NCBI RefSeq assembly: GCF_001194135.2 | Contig: NC_068986.1 | Coordinates: 104,209,345-104,244,854 of the forward strand | DNA length: 35,510 nt | Direction of reading: 5' to 3' | Source: Octopus bimaculoides | Taxonomy: Eukaryota | Shown here: positions 23,196 through 34,262 of the stretch, one piece after another | Layout of the letters: each line of letters opens with the position of its first letter | Position numbering within the stretch: position 1 is the stretch's first letter | Made by a program: the position numbers and the translations under genes | Notes under the pieces: generated by a model | What the model was told of the DNA's origin: nothing | Seen by the model: the letters and a program-made list of their open reading frames with translations, nothing else | Databases searched by the model: none

Positions 23196-23645
23196 GCCGA
23201 TGCCGGTGCCGCCTGACTGGCTCACATGCTAGTGGCACATAAAAGCACCATTCGAGCGTGGTTGATGCTAATGCCGCCTGACTGGCCCCCATGCTAGTGG
23301 CATGTAAAAAGCACCATTTGAGCATGGTCATTGCCAGTACCACCTAACTGGTTCCGGGTCCGATGGCCTGTAAAAAGCACCATTTGAGCATGGTCATTGC
23401 CAGTGCCACCTAACTGGCTCCGGGTCTGATGGCCTGTAAAAAGCACCATTTGAGCGTAGTCATTCCCAGTTCCACCTGACTGGCCCCCATGCTAGTGGCA
23501 TGTAAAAAGCACCATTCGAGCATGATCATTGCCAGTGACACCTGACTGGCTTCGGTGCCGATGGCCTGTAAAAAGCACCATTTGAGCGTAGTCATTCCCA
23601 GTTCCGCTTGACTGGACCCCATGCCTGTGGCATGTAAAAAGCATC
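23196..23645 (+). repeat. 66-bp tandem array (~6.8 units), part of a LINE 3' UTR
   Basis: GCACC/GCATCC anchor recurs at 23245, 23311, 23377, 23443, 23509, 23575 and 23641. Confidence 0.9.
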
Positions 23646-23775
23646 CACTCAGAATAGCTGATGTAAGGAAGGGCCAAAACAGGCTGGAGCCTGGCACAGT
23701 CCTCAGTCAAACCATCCAACCCATGACAGCATAGAAAGCAGATGTTAAACAACAATGATGAAGATGACGATGACA
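23636..23775 (+). mobile_element. Repeat family D tail continuing from the tandem array
   Basis: TAAAAAGCATCCACT..AGGAAGGGC..GGAGCCTGG..CAGTCAAACCATCCAACCCATGACAGCATAGAAAGCAGATGTTAAAC then GAT-like repeats. Confidence 0.7.
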
Positions 23776-24050
23776 AATAACTTCCAGCTTGCTGTTCCTT
23801 GAGGTCTCTCCGGATGAGGCTTGAACTCATATAAAACCAAGCAACAACAATGAAATTATAGTCGGTGGTGATGATATACCTCCCTGCTAGCGATATAAAC
23901 AGGAGTGCTTATAAGCACCACCGAAAGCCAATACAAGTTCTATCATGGCAACTATCACAGTATTTTGTGTCCTAACACAACATCAACATTTAAGTGGAGA
24001 TAAATATTACCTTCTGGTATCAATATTGCCTCTTTCACTATTAATAATTT

Positions 24051-24108
<58 letters not shown>

Positions 24109-24122
24109 TTAATAATAATGAT

Positions 24123-24625
24123 CACATGCCAGAAAAGGTCACAGAAAACGAGAAAGCAACCATACTCTGGGATATGCCAATACACACAGATAGAGAAATT
24201 AAGGCCAATAGGCCAGATAAAGTTGTCAGAGATCATGAAGAAAAAAAAAAAATGCTTTCTAATTGATGCATCAATACCAACAGATGACAACGTTTCCCTA
24301 AAAGAAATGGAAAAACTTTCAAAATACAAAGACCTGGAAATAGAGATAACTCGAATGTGGAATCGAAAAACAGAAACAATTCCTATCATAGTAGGTGCCT
24401 TAGGTATAATAAAAAAATATTCAGACAAATACATAACAAAAACACCAGGACTTACAAATATATATAACATACAGAAAATTGCACTATTGGGCACTGCACA
24501 CATTCTACGCAAAATACTTTCAATACAGTAAACATAAGAGCACCACAGCAAACCACAGCACATACCCAAGGCGCACAGAGCTGCGCTCGGTAGTGAAGTG
24601 AAAGCACGTTATAAAAATAAAACTA

Positions 24626-24630
<5 letters not shown>
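24123..24630 (+). mobile_element. R4/Dong-like RLE element, copy 3 (frameshifted)
   Basis: Near-identical to copy 1. An A-run expansion near 24241-24252 shifts the frame, and the C-terminus KKCFLIDASIP..TAHILRKILSIQ* is intact. (TAA)n at 24052-24119 and 24631-24698. Confidence 0.88.
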
Positions 24631-24700
<70 letters not shown>

Positions 24701-25039
24701 CAAATGTTTCAAAATTTTGACACATTTTTTTATGACATTTGTCATAAATTGATTTGTGATAACAAAATAGGTTGGCAATAAAAGATTCTGTTTGGACTGC
24801 AAAAATGTACCCAATGACCACCCACAATGCTCGGCTTTCCCACAATGCACTGGTTATCACCAGTGTTTATACCACTGAGCTGTGAAATTATTTATTCCAG
24901 ATAAATTTACACCCACACACACACATTCATCAACAAGTCAGCAGTGAATAGAACAAGCTCAAAGAGTATTCATCCTAAGATTATATTTATATTATTTACT
25001 GATCACATGGTTTTAGATATTATTCTAAAGCAGGAGTCA

Positions 25040-25200
25040 GGGGTGCTTTTTACATGCTACTGGTACAGGGGCCAGAGGAGCTGGCATCAACCACAATCCG
25101 ATGGTGCTTTTTACGTGCCACCGGCACGGAAGCCAGTCAAAGTGGCACTGGTATCGGCCATGTTCAGATGGTGCTTTTTACGTGCTACCGGCACAGGGCT
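25040..25200 (-). repeat. Three units of the same 66-bp-type repeat, minus strand
   Basis: GGTGCTTTTTAC(A/G)TGC recurs at 25042, 25103 and 25170; it is the reverse complement of the 23196 array units. Confidence 0.8.
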
Positions 25201-25204
25201 CACA

Positions 25205-25472
25205 ACTGCAATTTCCATTTGATTTGATTTTGATATTGCTGTTGATGTACTTGACTCAACAGGTCTCCTCATGCATGGTATGTCACCCTACGATCCAAGG
25301 TGCTTTTGAGCGGGCTCGTTATGAGACACTGGTGTAGGTTACAGCTGTGGACTCACTTTATTTGCCGGGTCTTCTCAGTCACAGCATACCTCTAGAGGTC
25401 TCGGTCTTTTGTCAATGCCTCTGTGAGACCCAGCGTTCGAAGGTCATGCTTCACCACTTTATCCCATGTTTT
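25205..25472 (-). mobile_element. 3' end of an RTE-like LINE (ORF end plus UTR)
   Basis: Minus strand translates KTWDKVVKHDLRTLGLTEALTKDRDL*RYAVTEKTRQIK*, the (GRP)xxTW..V..D...DR..WR terminal motif of RTE-type ORFs. One TGG>TAG stop. Confidence 0.65.
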
Positions 25473-25927
25473 AACTCATTGATAGTATTATTGAATAAAT
25501 TAGAAGGACAATTGGGGGCCCTGGAGTGAAACCAATTTTCCTTGTGTTCACTTGTTCCCTAATCACCAATTAGTTTAAATACGATTTTTACTTGGAACCA
25601 AACATCTGCAATAAAAGAGGGAAAATGAATTTCAATCCGAGAAGAAAAATGCATCTGATTTAAGCCTGAACTATCAAGAATCAGTTGTGCTGTGGTCTTC
25701 ATACTCTTATCCAGTAGTTTGACTCTGTAATAGTTCTTTTTCCCCTGAGGCCTCTGCTTTGCCTTTATAGCAGTTTCTAAAAATACTGCTAAGCCAGTCA
25801 TTGGATTCCACACTTCATCTCCTCGCATTGAACTGCCCCCCCCCCCCCGGCCACAAGCATGGAATATGGATGTTTAACTAATAATGACGATGGTGATGAT
25901 GATGACGATGATGATGATGATGATGAT

Positions 25928-26304
25928 CGGTACTCCATCGCTTACGACGTCGAGGGTTCCAGTTGATCCGGTCAACGAAACAGCCTGCTCGTGAAATTAA
26001 CGTGCAAGTGGCTGACCACTCCACAGACACATGTACCCTTAACGTAGTTCTCGGAGATATTCAGCGTGATACAGTGTGACAAGGTTGACCCTTTGAATTA
26101 CAGGCACAACAGAAACAGGAAGTAAGAGTGAGAGAAAGTTGTGGTGAAAGAGTACAGCAGGGTTCGCCACCATCCGCTGCCGGAGCCTCGTGGAGCTTTA
26201 GGTGTTTTCGCTCAATTAACACTCACAATGCCCAGTCTGGGAATTGAAACTGCGATCCTATGACCGCGAGTCCACTGCCCTAACCACTGGGCCATTGCGC
26301 CTCC
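25928..26304 (-). mobile_element. SINE family B (~380 bp, tRNA-like head)
   Basis: Minus strand GGAGGCGCAATGGCCCAGTGGTTAGGGCAG..GCAGTTTCAATTCCCAG (A- and B-box-like). Second copy at 34568-34951. Confidence 0.85.
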
Positions 26305-26760
26305 TATGAAGTAGAATAGGGAAAAAAAGAGATATTTGAACCTCTGGAGAATACTTGAACTCACAATCTCTGACCTGATTCTCCATGACCCTTTTTGACT
26401 GAGGAGACATACAATAAGTGTGAAACACCATGATGTCTCAAAATCCCTTTGAAATGGTGAACCACAAGTGTTACAAACACTCATCGCCTAAATGGAGGAG
26501 ATGCTTTATGATGATGATGAAATGACAATGATCAGACACTCGTGTTTGAACCTTGTAGAATGTATCAAAAATGAATAGAGGTCCGCGGTTCCAGGTATTG
26601 ATAACGTTCACTCTCCCTTTTCTCATTAGGAAGTGTGCGACGCAGTCTATCACCTTTATACAGTCGAGGCCTGTCCATCTTGCTAAGTTGATCCAGAATC
26701 CGCCATTCAGTCTCTTTAACTGAAACCAATGACCCTGTAGCGAACTTGACCTTACTTTTT

Positions 26761-26873
26761 CGACCAATAGAATAAGTACTAGGCTTGCAAAGGAAAAGTC
26801 CTGGGGTCGATTTTCTCAACTAAAGGCGGTGCTCCAGCATGGCCGCAGTCAAATGATTGAAACAAGTAAAAGA

Positions 26874-26876
<3 letters not shown>
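26761..26876 (+). mobile_element. SINE family A, 3' fragment
   Basis: GAATAAGTACTAGGCTT..GGCGGTGCTCCAGCATGGCCGCAGTCAAATGATTGAAACAAGTAAAAGAG. Confidence 0.8.
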
Positions 26877-26907
<31 letters not shown>

Positions 26908-27107
26908 NNNNNNNNNNNNNNNNNNNNNNNNNNNNNNNNNNNNNNNNNNNNNNNNNNNNNNNNNNNNNNNNNNNNNNNNNNNNNNNNNNNNNNNNNNNNN
27001 NNNNNNNNNNNNNNNNNNNNNNNNNNNNNNNNNNNNNNNNNNNNNNNNNNNNNNNNNNNNNGGAGCAGGAGGAGGAGCAGGAGGAACATAACGCTGGTGA
27101 TAGTATT

Positions 27108-27255
27108 CATTGCTTTTTAATGTCCACTTTTTGCATTACTTGCATGGTTCGGATGAAATTTGTGGAGACAGATTTTCAACAGCCAGATGCCCCTTCTTGT
27201 TGTCAAATCCCATACTTGTTTCCAAGCAGGGTAATATTTACCCTTGGCCAGAATG
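27108..27255 (-). mobile_element. Repeat family E
   Basis: TTTAATGTCCACTTTT..TTGCATGG..GATGCCCCTTC..GTTTCCAAGCAGGGTAATATTT is the reverse complement of 11994-12141. Confidence 0.65.
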
Positions 27256-28464
27256 CTTTCAGGGGTGATATCAGTAATGAAGAGCACTGCTTGTATGGTA
27301 CTTTAAAAAAAAAAAAAAAATTTTTTTTCTTTTTTAATAAATAAAAATAACAAAGGACAGAGACAACAAATAAATGAGGCCTGGAGTACAGTACTCTTCG
27401 TAAAAAAAAATAAAGAAAACAAATTGAATATTGCATCTTCAATCCCTTTGATCATGTGTTCATTTAATTAGGACTGACCTGGGTTTAAAAAAATGATCAA
27501 CTAAAAGATCGTTAAAAAGAAATAAATACAATTCATCAATCTTTTATGTCGTTGTGTGAAATTTTTTTTCAAAACAATATTGTGTATGTTATCTAAGTGA
27601 GACATCAAGATAGACTTTGTATGAGTGACATTGACAATCAAGTGGTCGAAACTTAAATATGCCAATTGATATGATGTGTTTATTGGAAGCCATTACTTGA
27701 TGGTGAGATGGGTATCTTCTAGCAAACAAGAAGAGAGAGAGAGAGAGAGGGAGGTAGGGAGAGACTGACTAACAAACTGATACAGGAAGAGAGAGAGAGA
27801 CAAACAGAACAGACAGAATGAAATGACTCAAGATAGTTGCTAAAATATTTGAGCTTGATATGAGATGCTAAGCCTATAGATAACTTACAGTGGCTGTGTG
27901 GAAGCCCAACTGAACTCAAGTCAGGCTCCAACTCTCAATGCATGCTAGTGATACTCACACACACACTCATGCAAGCACGTGCATGAGCACACACACACAT
28001 ACATACACACGCACACACAGCCTAGCACTGATGAAGTGATTTAACATGATTATATAATATCACAACTATTATGTCATCCTGGCTGTTATTTGCAGAAACA
28101 CGTGTTTGTTTTATAAGGCATAAAATACCATACCATTTTTTCAGTATTTTTTTAAAGAATATTTTGAAATTAAAAACTTAATTTTTCTTTTATAAAGTTT
28201 AGCTCTTGCTAAACTTTATAAAAGAAAAATTGAATGAAATATAGAAGCTGGTTGTATGCCTGACATCTCTGATATAATTGATTGTATGATTCAATTTGTT
28301 CTGTTATTTAAACCATTGATTCCTAAACAAGGTCCACAGAACTCTTGGGGTCTAATATAAGATTTCGTTGATGCAATAAATTGGTTATACTTCTAAAATG
28401 CATAGAATATTTTAACAATTTTTTCTACCTTCCCTAATAATATTCCATCATTATCATCATCATC

Positions 28465-28635
28465 ACAGTCCATGGTTTGACCAGAGCTGGCATGCTGATG
28501 AACTGCACCAGACCCCAATCTGATTTGGCATGGTTTCTAGAGCTGGATGTCCTTCCTAACGCCAACCACTTTACAGAGTGTACTGGGTGCATTTACATGG
28601 TTCTTTTACCACACAGGCATTTTTGCATGGCACCA
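28465..28635 (-). mobile_element. Repeat family D
   Basis: CCAGACCCCAATCTGATTTGGCATGGTTTCTAGAGCTGGATGTCCTTCCTAACGCCAACCAC is the reverse complement of the 16216 copy. (CAT)n lies to the left. Confidence 0.75.
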
Positions 28636-28715
28636 AAAACATAATAGGGATTTTTAAAACATTGAATGGGTAGGTGGGTGGGGTCTGGTTGAGTAAAATA
28701 GGAATCAAAGGGGTC

Positions 28716-28826
28716 TTAGTTAATATTAATACAAAGCTCCTTCTTATTAATGAAAACGACGTTAATAACATGGACGGTCTGTGATATAAAAATATACTGA
28801 GGAGAAACCCATAAGGAAAAGAAAGG
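28716..28826. repeat. Unclassified dispersed repeat G, copy 1
   Basis: TTAGTTAAT.TTAATACAAA..CTCCTTCTTA.TAA.GAAAA.GA..TTAATAACA.GGACG...TGTGATATAAAAATATA.TGAGG.GAAACCCAT is shared with 33231-33357. Confidence 0.7.
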
Positions 28827-29146
28827 TGTAACCAATCAAAGGGATTCGTTGGCAAAAAATGGTTGAGAACCACTTATTTAGATGGTACTTGCTATGCCAA
28901 TAACCCACAAACGATTGTGGGGTGGGGTGGGGGTCATGTTAGCCATAATTTGAACAATTTTTTTCTTTTTTTTTTTAAATTTTTAGATTAGGCATTAGGT
29001 GTAACCACTTTAAACTTTGTGATGATATCACAAGATGTGCCAGAGATCCTGTGATATCCTCATCAAGTACAGTTCAAGCTTTGTATCAACCATCTTAGCT
29101 GAACCATTCGAAGAATGGTTGGCCAGTGGTAGAATGAGGATAATCC

Positions 29147-29250
29147 AGATTACATTGACCCCAGTGCATAACTGGTACTTATTTTATTGACCCTGAAAGG
29201 ATGAAAGGTAAAGTTGACCTCAACGGAATTTGAACTCTGAGTGTAGCGGT
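29147..29250 (-). mobile_element. SINE family F, internal fragment
   Basis: GATTACATTGACCCCAGTGCATAACTGGTACTT..GAAAGGATGAAAGGTAAAGTTGACCTC..GGAATTTGAACTC. Confidence 0.75.
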
Positions 29251-29278
29251 GGGTGAAATATGTATGTATGTGTATACA

Positions 29279-29344
<66 letters not shown>

Positions 29345-30299
29345 TGTATGCACATACGCACACACTTTTGTAGAGAAGGAAGAAGAATGGAAATCGACAG
29401 AGGGAGAGAGGAGAGAGAAGAGGAGGGGAGGGGATCAGCAGTGAATGAATTAACCCCATGGCATCATCATCATTATCATCGACATCACTATTTAATGACC
29501 GTTGTCGATGCTGTCAATATATGTGGCTTGGAAAACTAGATCACAGATGCACATCACTGGTTTCGAACCCTGTTCGATTCTCATCCCAGTCTGAACATTA
29601 TGCCAGCACTAAAGAACAGTGAAATCTATTCAATCGATTCCTTCTTCGATTTGCAGAAATGGTGCCATGTTGGCAGTTTATCAAAATTAATTAATTAATT
29701 AATTATGCACTAAACAGCTTTTGTTCGTAGCTTAGTCTGCAGTAACTTACAAGACATGCACTTTTTATAAACTACACTGCAAATATCTCTGTGTTGTAAC
29801 TATTGGAAACAAATGCACTCTCTCTCTCTCTCTCTCTCCCTCCCTCCCTCCTTTGCATAGGTGCATGCANNNNNNNNNNNNNNNNNNNNNNNNNNNNNNN
29901 NNNNNNNNNNNNNNNNNNNNNNNNNNNNNNNNNNNNNNNNNNNNNNNNNNNNNNNNNNNNNNNNNNNNNNNNNNNNNNNNNNNNNNNNNNNNNNNNNNNN
30001 NNNNNNNNNNNNNNNNNNNNNNNNNNNNNNNNNNNNNNNNNNNNNNNNNNNNNNNNNNNNNNNNNNNNNNNNNNNNNNNNNNNNNNNNNNNNNNNNNNNN
30101 NNNNNNNNNNNNNNNNNNNNNNNNNNNNNNNNNNNNNNNNNNNNNNNNNNNNNNNNNNATATATATATATTTAGAGGGAGACAGAGAGACAGATGTTTAC
30201 ATATTTATATATGTATACTCATATATATATATATATATAAATAATATAAATGTAATATTATACATACATATATATATGCATATATGTATGTATGTATAG

Positions 30300-30374
30300 C
30301 TAGATAGATATATAGATACATACATACATAAATAGATAGATGGATAGATGGATAGATAGATGGATAGATAGATG

Positions 30375-30416
<42 letters not shown>

Positions 30417-30433
30417 TAGACAGACAGACTAAC

Positions 30434-30474
<41 letters not shown>

Positions 30475-30480
30475 CTTCAA
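30300..30480 (+). repeat. (GATA)n/(GA)n compound microsatellite
   Basis: Direct reading. Confidence 0.9.
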
Positions 30481-30659
30481 TCGATAGACAGACAGAGCTA
30501 CAGACACAGGATTCCTATATTAATCCAACGTATATTTATGTATGAACAGGTATGTGGTGCCTTGTGCAATCAGAGATGGCGGGTCGGTGGCCCCATGCCA
30601 TCAGGGAGGTGACTTTGTGACACACAAAAGTGATTTTACTGTGGTGTGGCTGTGCTGGC

Positions 30660-30842
30660 GGTAGTTATGAGGGTGGTGATGGTGGAGATGATGTTGTTGA
30701 AAGCGGTGGTGGTGGTGGTGGTGGTGTGGTGGTGGCGGTGGGGCAGACTGGGAAATGACGGCAGCCATGCTGTCATAGAGTAAATGATAATGTTGAGAAT
30801 GATGATGATGATGATGATGATGATGGCGGTGGTGGTGGCGGC
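30660..30842 (+). repeat. GGT/GAT low-complexity tract
   Basis: Direct reading. Confidence 0.8.
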
Positions 30843-31042
30843 GACGTCTATTCCGCGCTTGTGGTGTTGTGCAGATCGGAAGGAAAAGAACATAATTAAA
30901 AGAAAAAAGGTAACAATATAATTCTAGCAAAATGGCACTTGTGTTCGCATTAGAATGTACACACGAGAACGAGTGTGTATGTGTGTGTGTGTGTATGTGT
31001 GTGTAGCGAGGGAGAGAGAGAGAGAGAGAAGCACTATATGTA

Positions 31043-31396
31043 TCTTCTTTCATTCGTTTCAGTCATTGTGACAGTGGCCATGCTGGAGCACCGCCGTTTA
31101 GTTGAAGAAATCGACCCCTGGACTTACTCATTGTACGGAACCATTAAGTTACGGCGAACGTAAACACACCAAGATCGGTTGTCAAGCGATGATAAGGGGA
31201 CAAACACAGACACAAACACACATAGATATAGATATACAGCGGGCTTCTTTCGGTTTCCGTCTACCAAATCCATTCAGGCTCTTGTCGGCCTGAGGCTATA
31301 GTAGAAGACACTTGCCCAAGTTGTCACGGAGGGTGACTGAACCCAGAATCATGTGGTTGGGAAGCAAGCTACTTACCACACAACCACGCTCGCACT
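31043..31396 (-). mobile_element. SINE family A, full-length diverged copy
   Basis: Both halves and the head are present. Aligns with 17837-18239. Confidence 0.85.
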
Positions 31397-31399
31397 TGC

Positions 31400-31432
<33 letters not shown>

Positions 31433-32196
31433 NNNNNNNNNNNNNNNNNNNNNNNNNNNNNNNNNNNNNNNNNNNNNNNNNNNNNNNNNNNNNNNNNNNN
31501 NNNNNNNNNNNNNNNNNNNNNNNNNNNNNNNNNNNNNNNNNNNNNNNNNNNNNNNNNNNNNNNNNNNNNNNNNNNNNNNNNNNNNNNNNNNNNNNNNNNN
31601 NNNNNNNNNNNNNNNNNNNNNNNNNNNNNNNNNNNNNNNNNNNNNNNNNNNNNNNNNNNNNNNNNNNNNNNNNNNNNNNNNNNNNNNNNNNNNNNNNNNN
31701 NNNNNNNNNNNNNNNNNNNNNNNNNNNNNNNNNNNNNNNNNNNNNNNNNNNNNNNNNNNNNNNNNNNNNNNNNNNNNNNNNNNNNNNNNNNNNNNNNNNN
31801 NNNNNNNNNNNNNNNNNNNNNNNNNNNNNNNNNNNNNNNNNNNNNNNNNNNNNNNNNNNNNNNNNNNNNNNNNNNNNNNNNNNNNNNNNNNNNNNNNNNN
31901 NNNNNNNNNNNNNNNNNNNNNNNNNNNNNNNNNNNNNNNNNNNNNNNNNNNNNNNNNNNNNNNNNNNNNNNNNNNNNNNNNNNNNNNNNNNNNNNNNNNN
32001 NNNNNNNNNNNNNNNNNNNNNNNNNNNNNNNNNNNNNNNNNNNNNNNNNNNNNNNNNNNNNNNNNNNNNNNNNNTATATATACACATATACATATATATA
32101 TATATATACACACACACACGTGTGTATATATGTCCGCTCGTACGGATATATGCATGCATGTGTGTATTTATGTACGAATGCATGCATGTCAGTATG

Positions 32197-32248
<52 letters not shown>

Positions 32249-32483
32249 TATATGTGCGTGTGTGTGTGTATATCTGTTTTGTCTACGTGTATGTGTGCTT
32301 AGATATGTACATATACTACACATGTATATTTCCGTATACATACGTGTTTAAATACGTCTACCTAAACACAAATGATGTATACCCATATACACATAGACAT
32401 GCACACATATACTATGTGAGTATATATGTGTATTTGTACACATATATACATGTATATACATGCATATACTCATATATTATTTG

Positions 32484-32515
<32 letters not shown>

Positions 32516-33230
32516 NNNNNNNNNNNNNNNNNNNNNNNNNNNNNNNNNNNNNNNNNNNNNNNNNNNNNNNNNNNNNNNNNNNNNNNNNNNNNNNNNNNNN
32601 NNNNNNNNNNNNNNNNNNNNNNNNNNNNNNNNNNNNNNNNNNNNNNNNNNNNNNNNNNNNNNNNNNNNNNNNNNNNNNNNNNNNNNNNNNNNNNNNNNNN
32701 NNNNNNNNNNNNNNNNNNNNNNNNNNNNNNNNNNNNNNNNNNNNNNNNNNNNNNNNNNNNNNNNNNNNNNNNNNNNNNNNNNNNNNNNNNNNNNNNNNNN
32801 NNNNNNNNNNNNNNNNNNNNNNNNNNNNNNNNNNNNNNNNNNNNNNNNNNNNNNNNNNNNNNNNNNNNNNNNNNNNNNNNNNNNNNNNNNNNNNNNNNNN
32901 NNNNNNNNNNNNNNNNNNNNNNNNNNNNNNNNNNNNNNNNNNNNNNNNNNNNNNNNNNNNNNNNNNNNNNNNNNNNNNNNNNNNNNNNNNNNNNNNNNNN
33001 NNNNNNNNNNNNNNNNNNNNNNNNNNNNNNNNNNNNNNNNNNCACTTGCCATACATACGTATAAACACACACACATGCATACACACACACAAATATATAT
33101 ATACGTACAGTTCGATAGGTTTATATTTTCCGTTTTATTAATTTTTCTTTCGCTATTTTTTTATTTCGTTTTCTTTCCTTTGTTTTTTTCTTTCTTCCTT
33201 TCTTTTCTTTTCTTTTCTTTCTTTTTTTTT

Positions 33231-33357
33231 TTAGTTAATCTTAATACAAAAACTCCTTCTTAGTAACGAAAAGGATATTAATAACACGGACGTTTTGTGA
33301 TATAAAAATATATTGAGGGGAAACCCATTTGGGTCTTTAAGATAAGAAAAAGAAAGG
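33231..33357. repeat. Unclassified dispersed repeat G, copy 2
   Basis: Same orientation as 28716-28826, with a ~16-nt insertion after GAAACCCAT. Confidence 0.7.
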
Positions 33358-33910
33358 CATAGTGGAGTCTTGAGATTTTTAAGATAGCTCGCAGACAATA
33401 ATACATCCATTTGCCTTCAAAATCTCAGTTTTTATCAATTTCTGAGGCACACTGTCCCCAACTTCCGGCTAAACCGTGTCATTTATCTCGGATTATCAGT
33501 GCATAAACAGAAGAGTCTCGAATACTGGCGTATATATTGATCACATTCGGTGGGACCCCAATCATGCATGGTTATCACATTGTCCATATTGCCTTCTTGC
33601 AGTTCTAATTACAAACGGTGGCTGGGGTGTGATAAGGAGATGACGTATCTCGGCGCTTATCTATATATACTATCGCTGTTACCATCATTCTTAATGGATT
33701 AATTCAAACAGAATCTATCATAGCGAAAGTATAGTGGTCGCTGTTATCTGGACGGCCACGAAGAAATGAAAAATACGAGCTGATCTTATCGGATTTTCAC
33801 ATGGCGAGAGAACGTGTTTTGCAGAGATAAGACTTAGTCGACGCGTTCTGGCCATAATTACAAATCACATTTGGCTGGCCGCTTTTAGGAAACCTTGCGC
33901 GCGCCCAAGG
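33340..33910. promoter_or_regulatory. Candidate cis-regulatory segment (GATA motif cluster, CpG retained)
   Basis: 11 WGATAR matches within 33340-33830, a TGACGT at 33641 and many CpGs. No simple repeats. Confidence 0.3.
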
Positions 33911-34229
33911 ATTTTCGAAGTAGTAACATTTGCACTAAATATTTTTCTACCTCTCGCTTACTCTCTCTCTCTCTCGCTCTTTCTCTCTGTGCCTATATTT
34001 CGTGTCTCTCTCTCTCTCAATTTATATCACACACACACACACGTACGTACGTACACATGTACACACCTACACACATATACATAATACGAGTCGCCCCTTG
34101 TATAGCTCCCTTTTCATTCCCTCTCATACNNNNNNNNNNNNNNNNNNNNNNNNNNNNNNNNNNNNNNNNNNNNNNNNNNNNNNNNNNNNNNNNNNNNNNN
34201 NNNNNNNNNNNNNNNNNNNNNNNNNNNNN

Positions 34230-34262
<33 letters not shown>

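Larger units (their letters stand above)
2526..34229. other. Eleven assembly gaps (N runs) scattered over this span
   Basis: N runs at 2526-2834, 7130-7289, 8371-9040, 13050-13117, 18994-19341, 21357-21604, 26908-27061, 29870-30158, 31433-32074, 32516-33042 and 34130-34229. Most abut (TA)n or (TG)n tracts. Confidence 0.98.

Noticed and set aside
23196-23645. CRISPR-like appearance of the 66-bp array
   Set aside because: Whole units are homologous with no unique spacers, there are no cas genes, and the context is eukaryotic.
25559-25828. 89-aa minus-strand ORF
   Set aside because: No recognisable motif or convincing splice context, and its length is within chance expectation.
28029-28050. 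CTGATGAAGTG as a hammerhead core
   Set aside because: No closing stem II or GAAA follows.
28918-28933. G-quadruplex candidate
   Set aside because: Only three G runs.
31392-33055. CACTTGCC(C)ATA occurring before gap 31433 and after gap 33042 as a sign of haplotype duplication
   Set aside because: Only about 11 nt match, and the following sequence is microsatellite, which is insufficient evidence.
31312-33141. Longest ORF (609 aa)
   Set aside because: Made of a SINE head, (TA)n and two N gaps.
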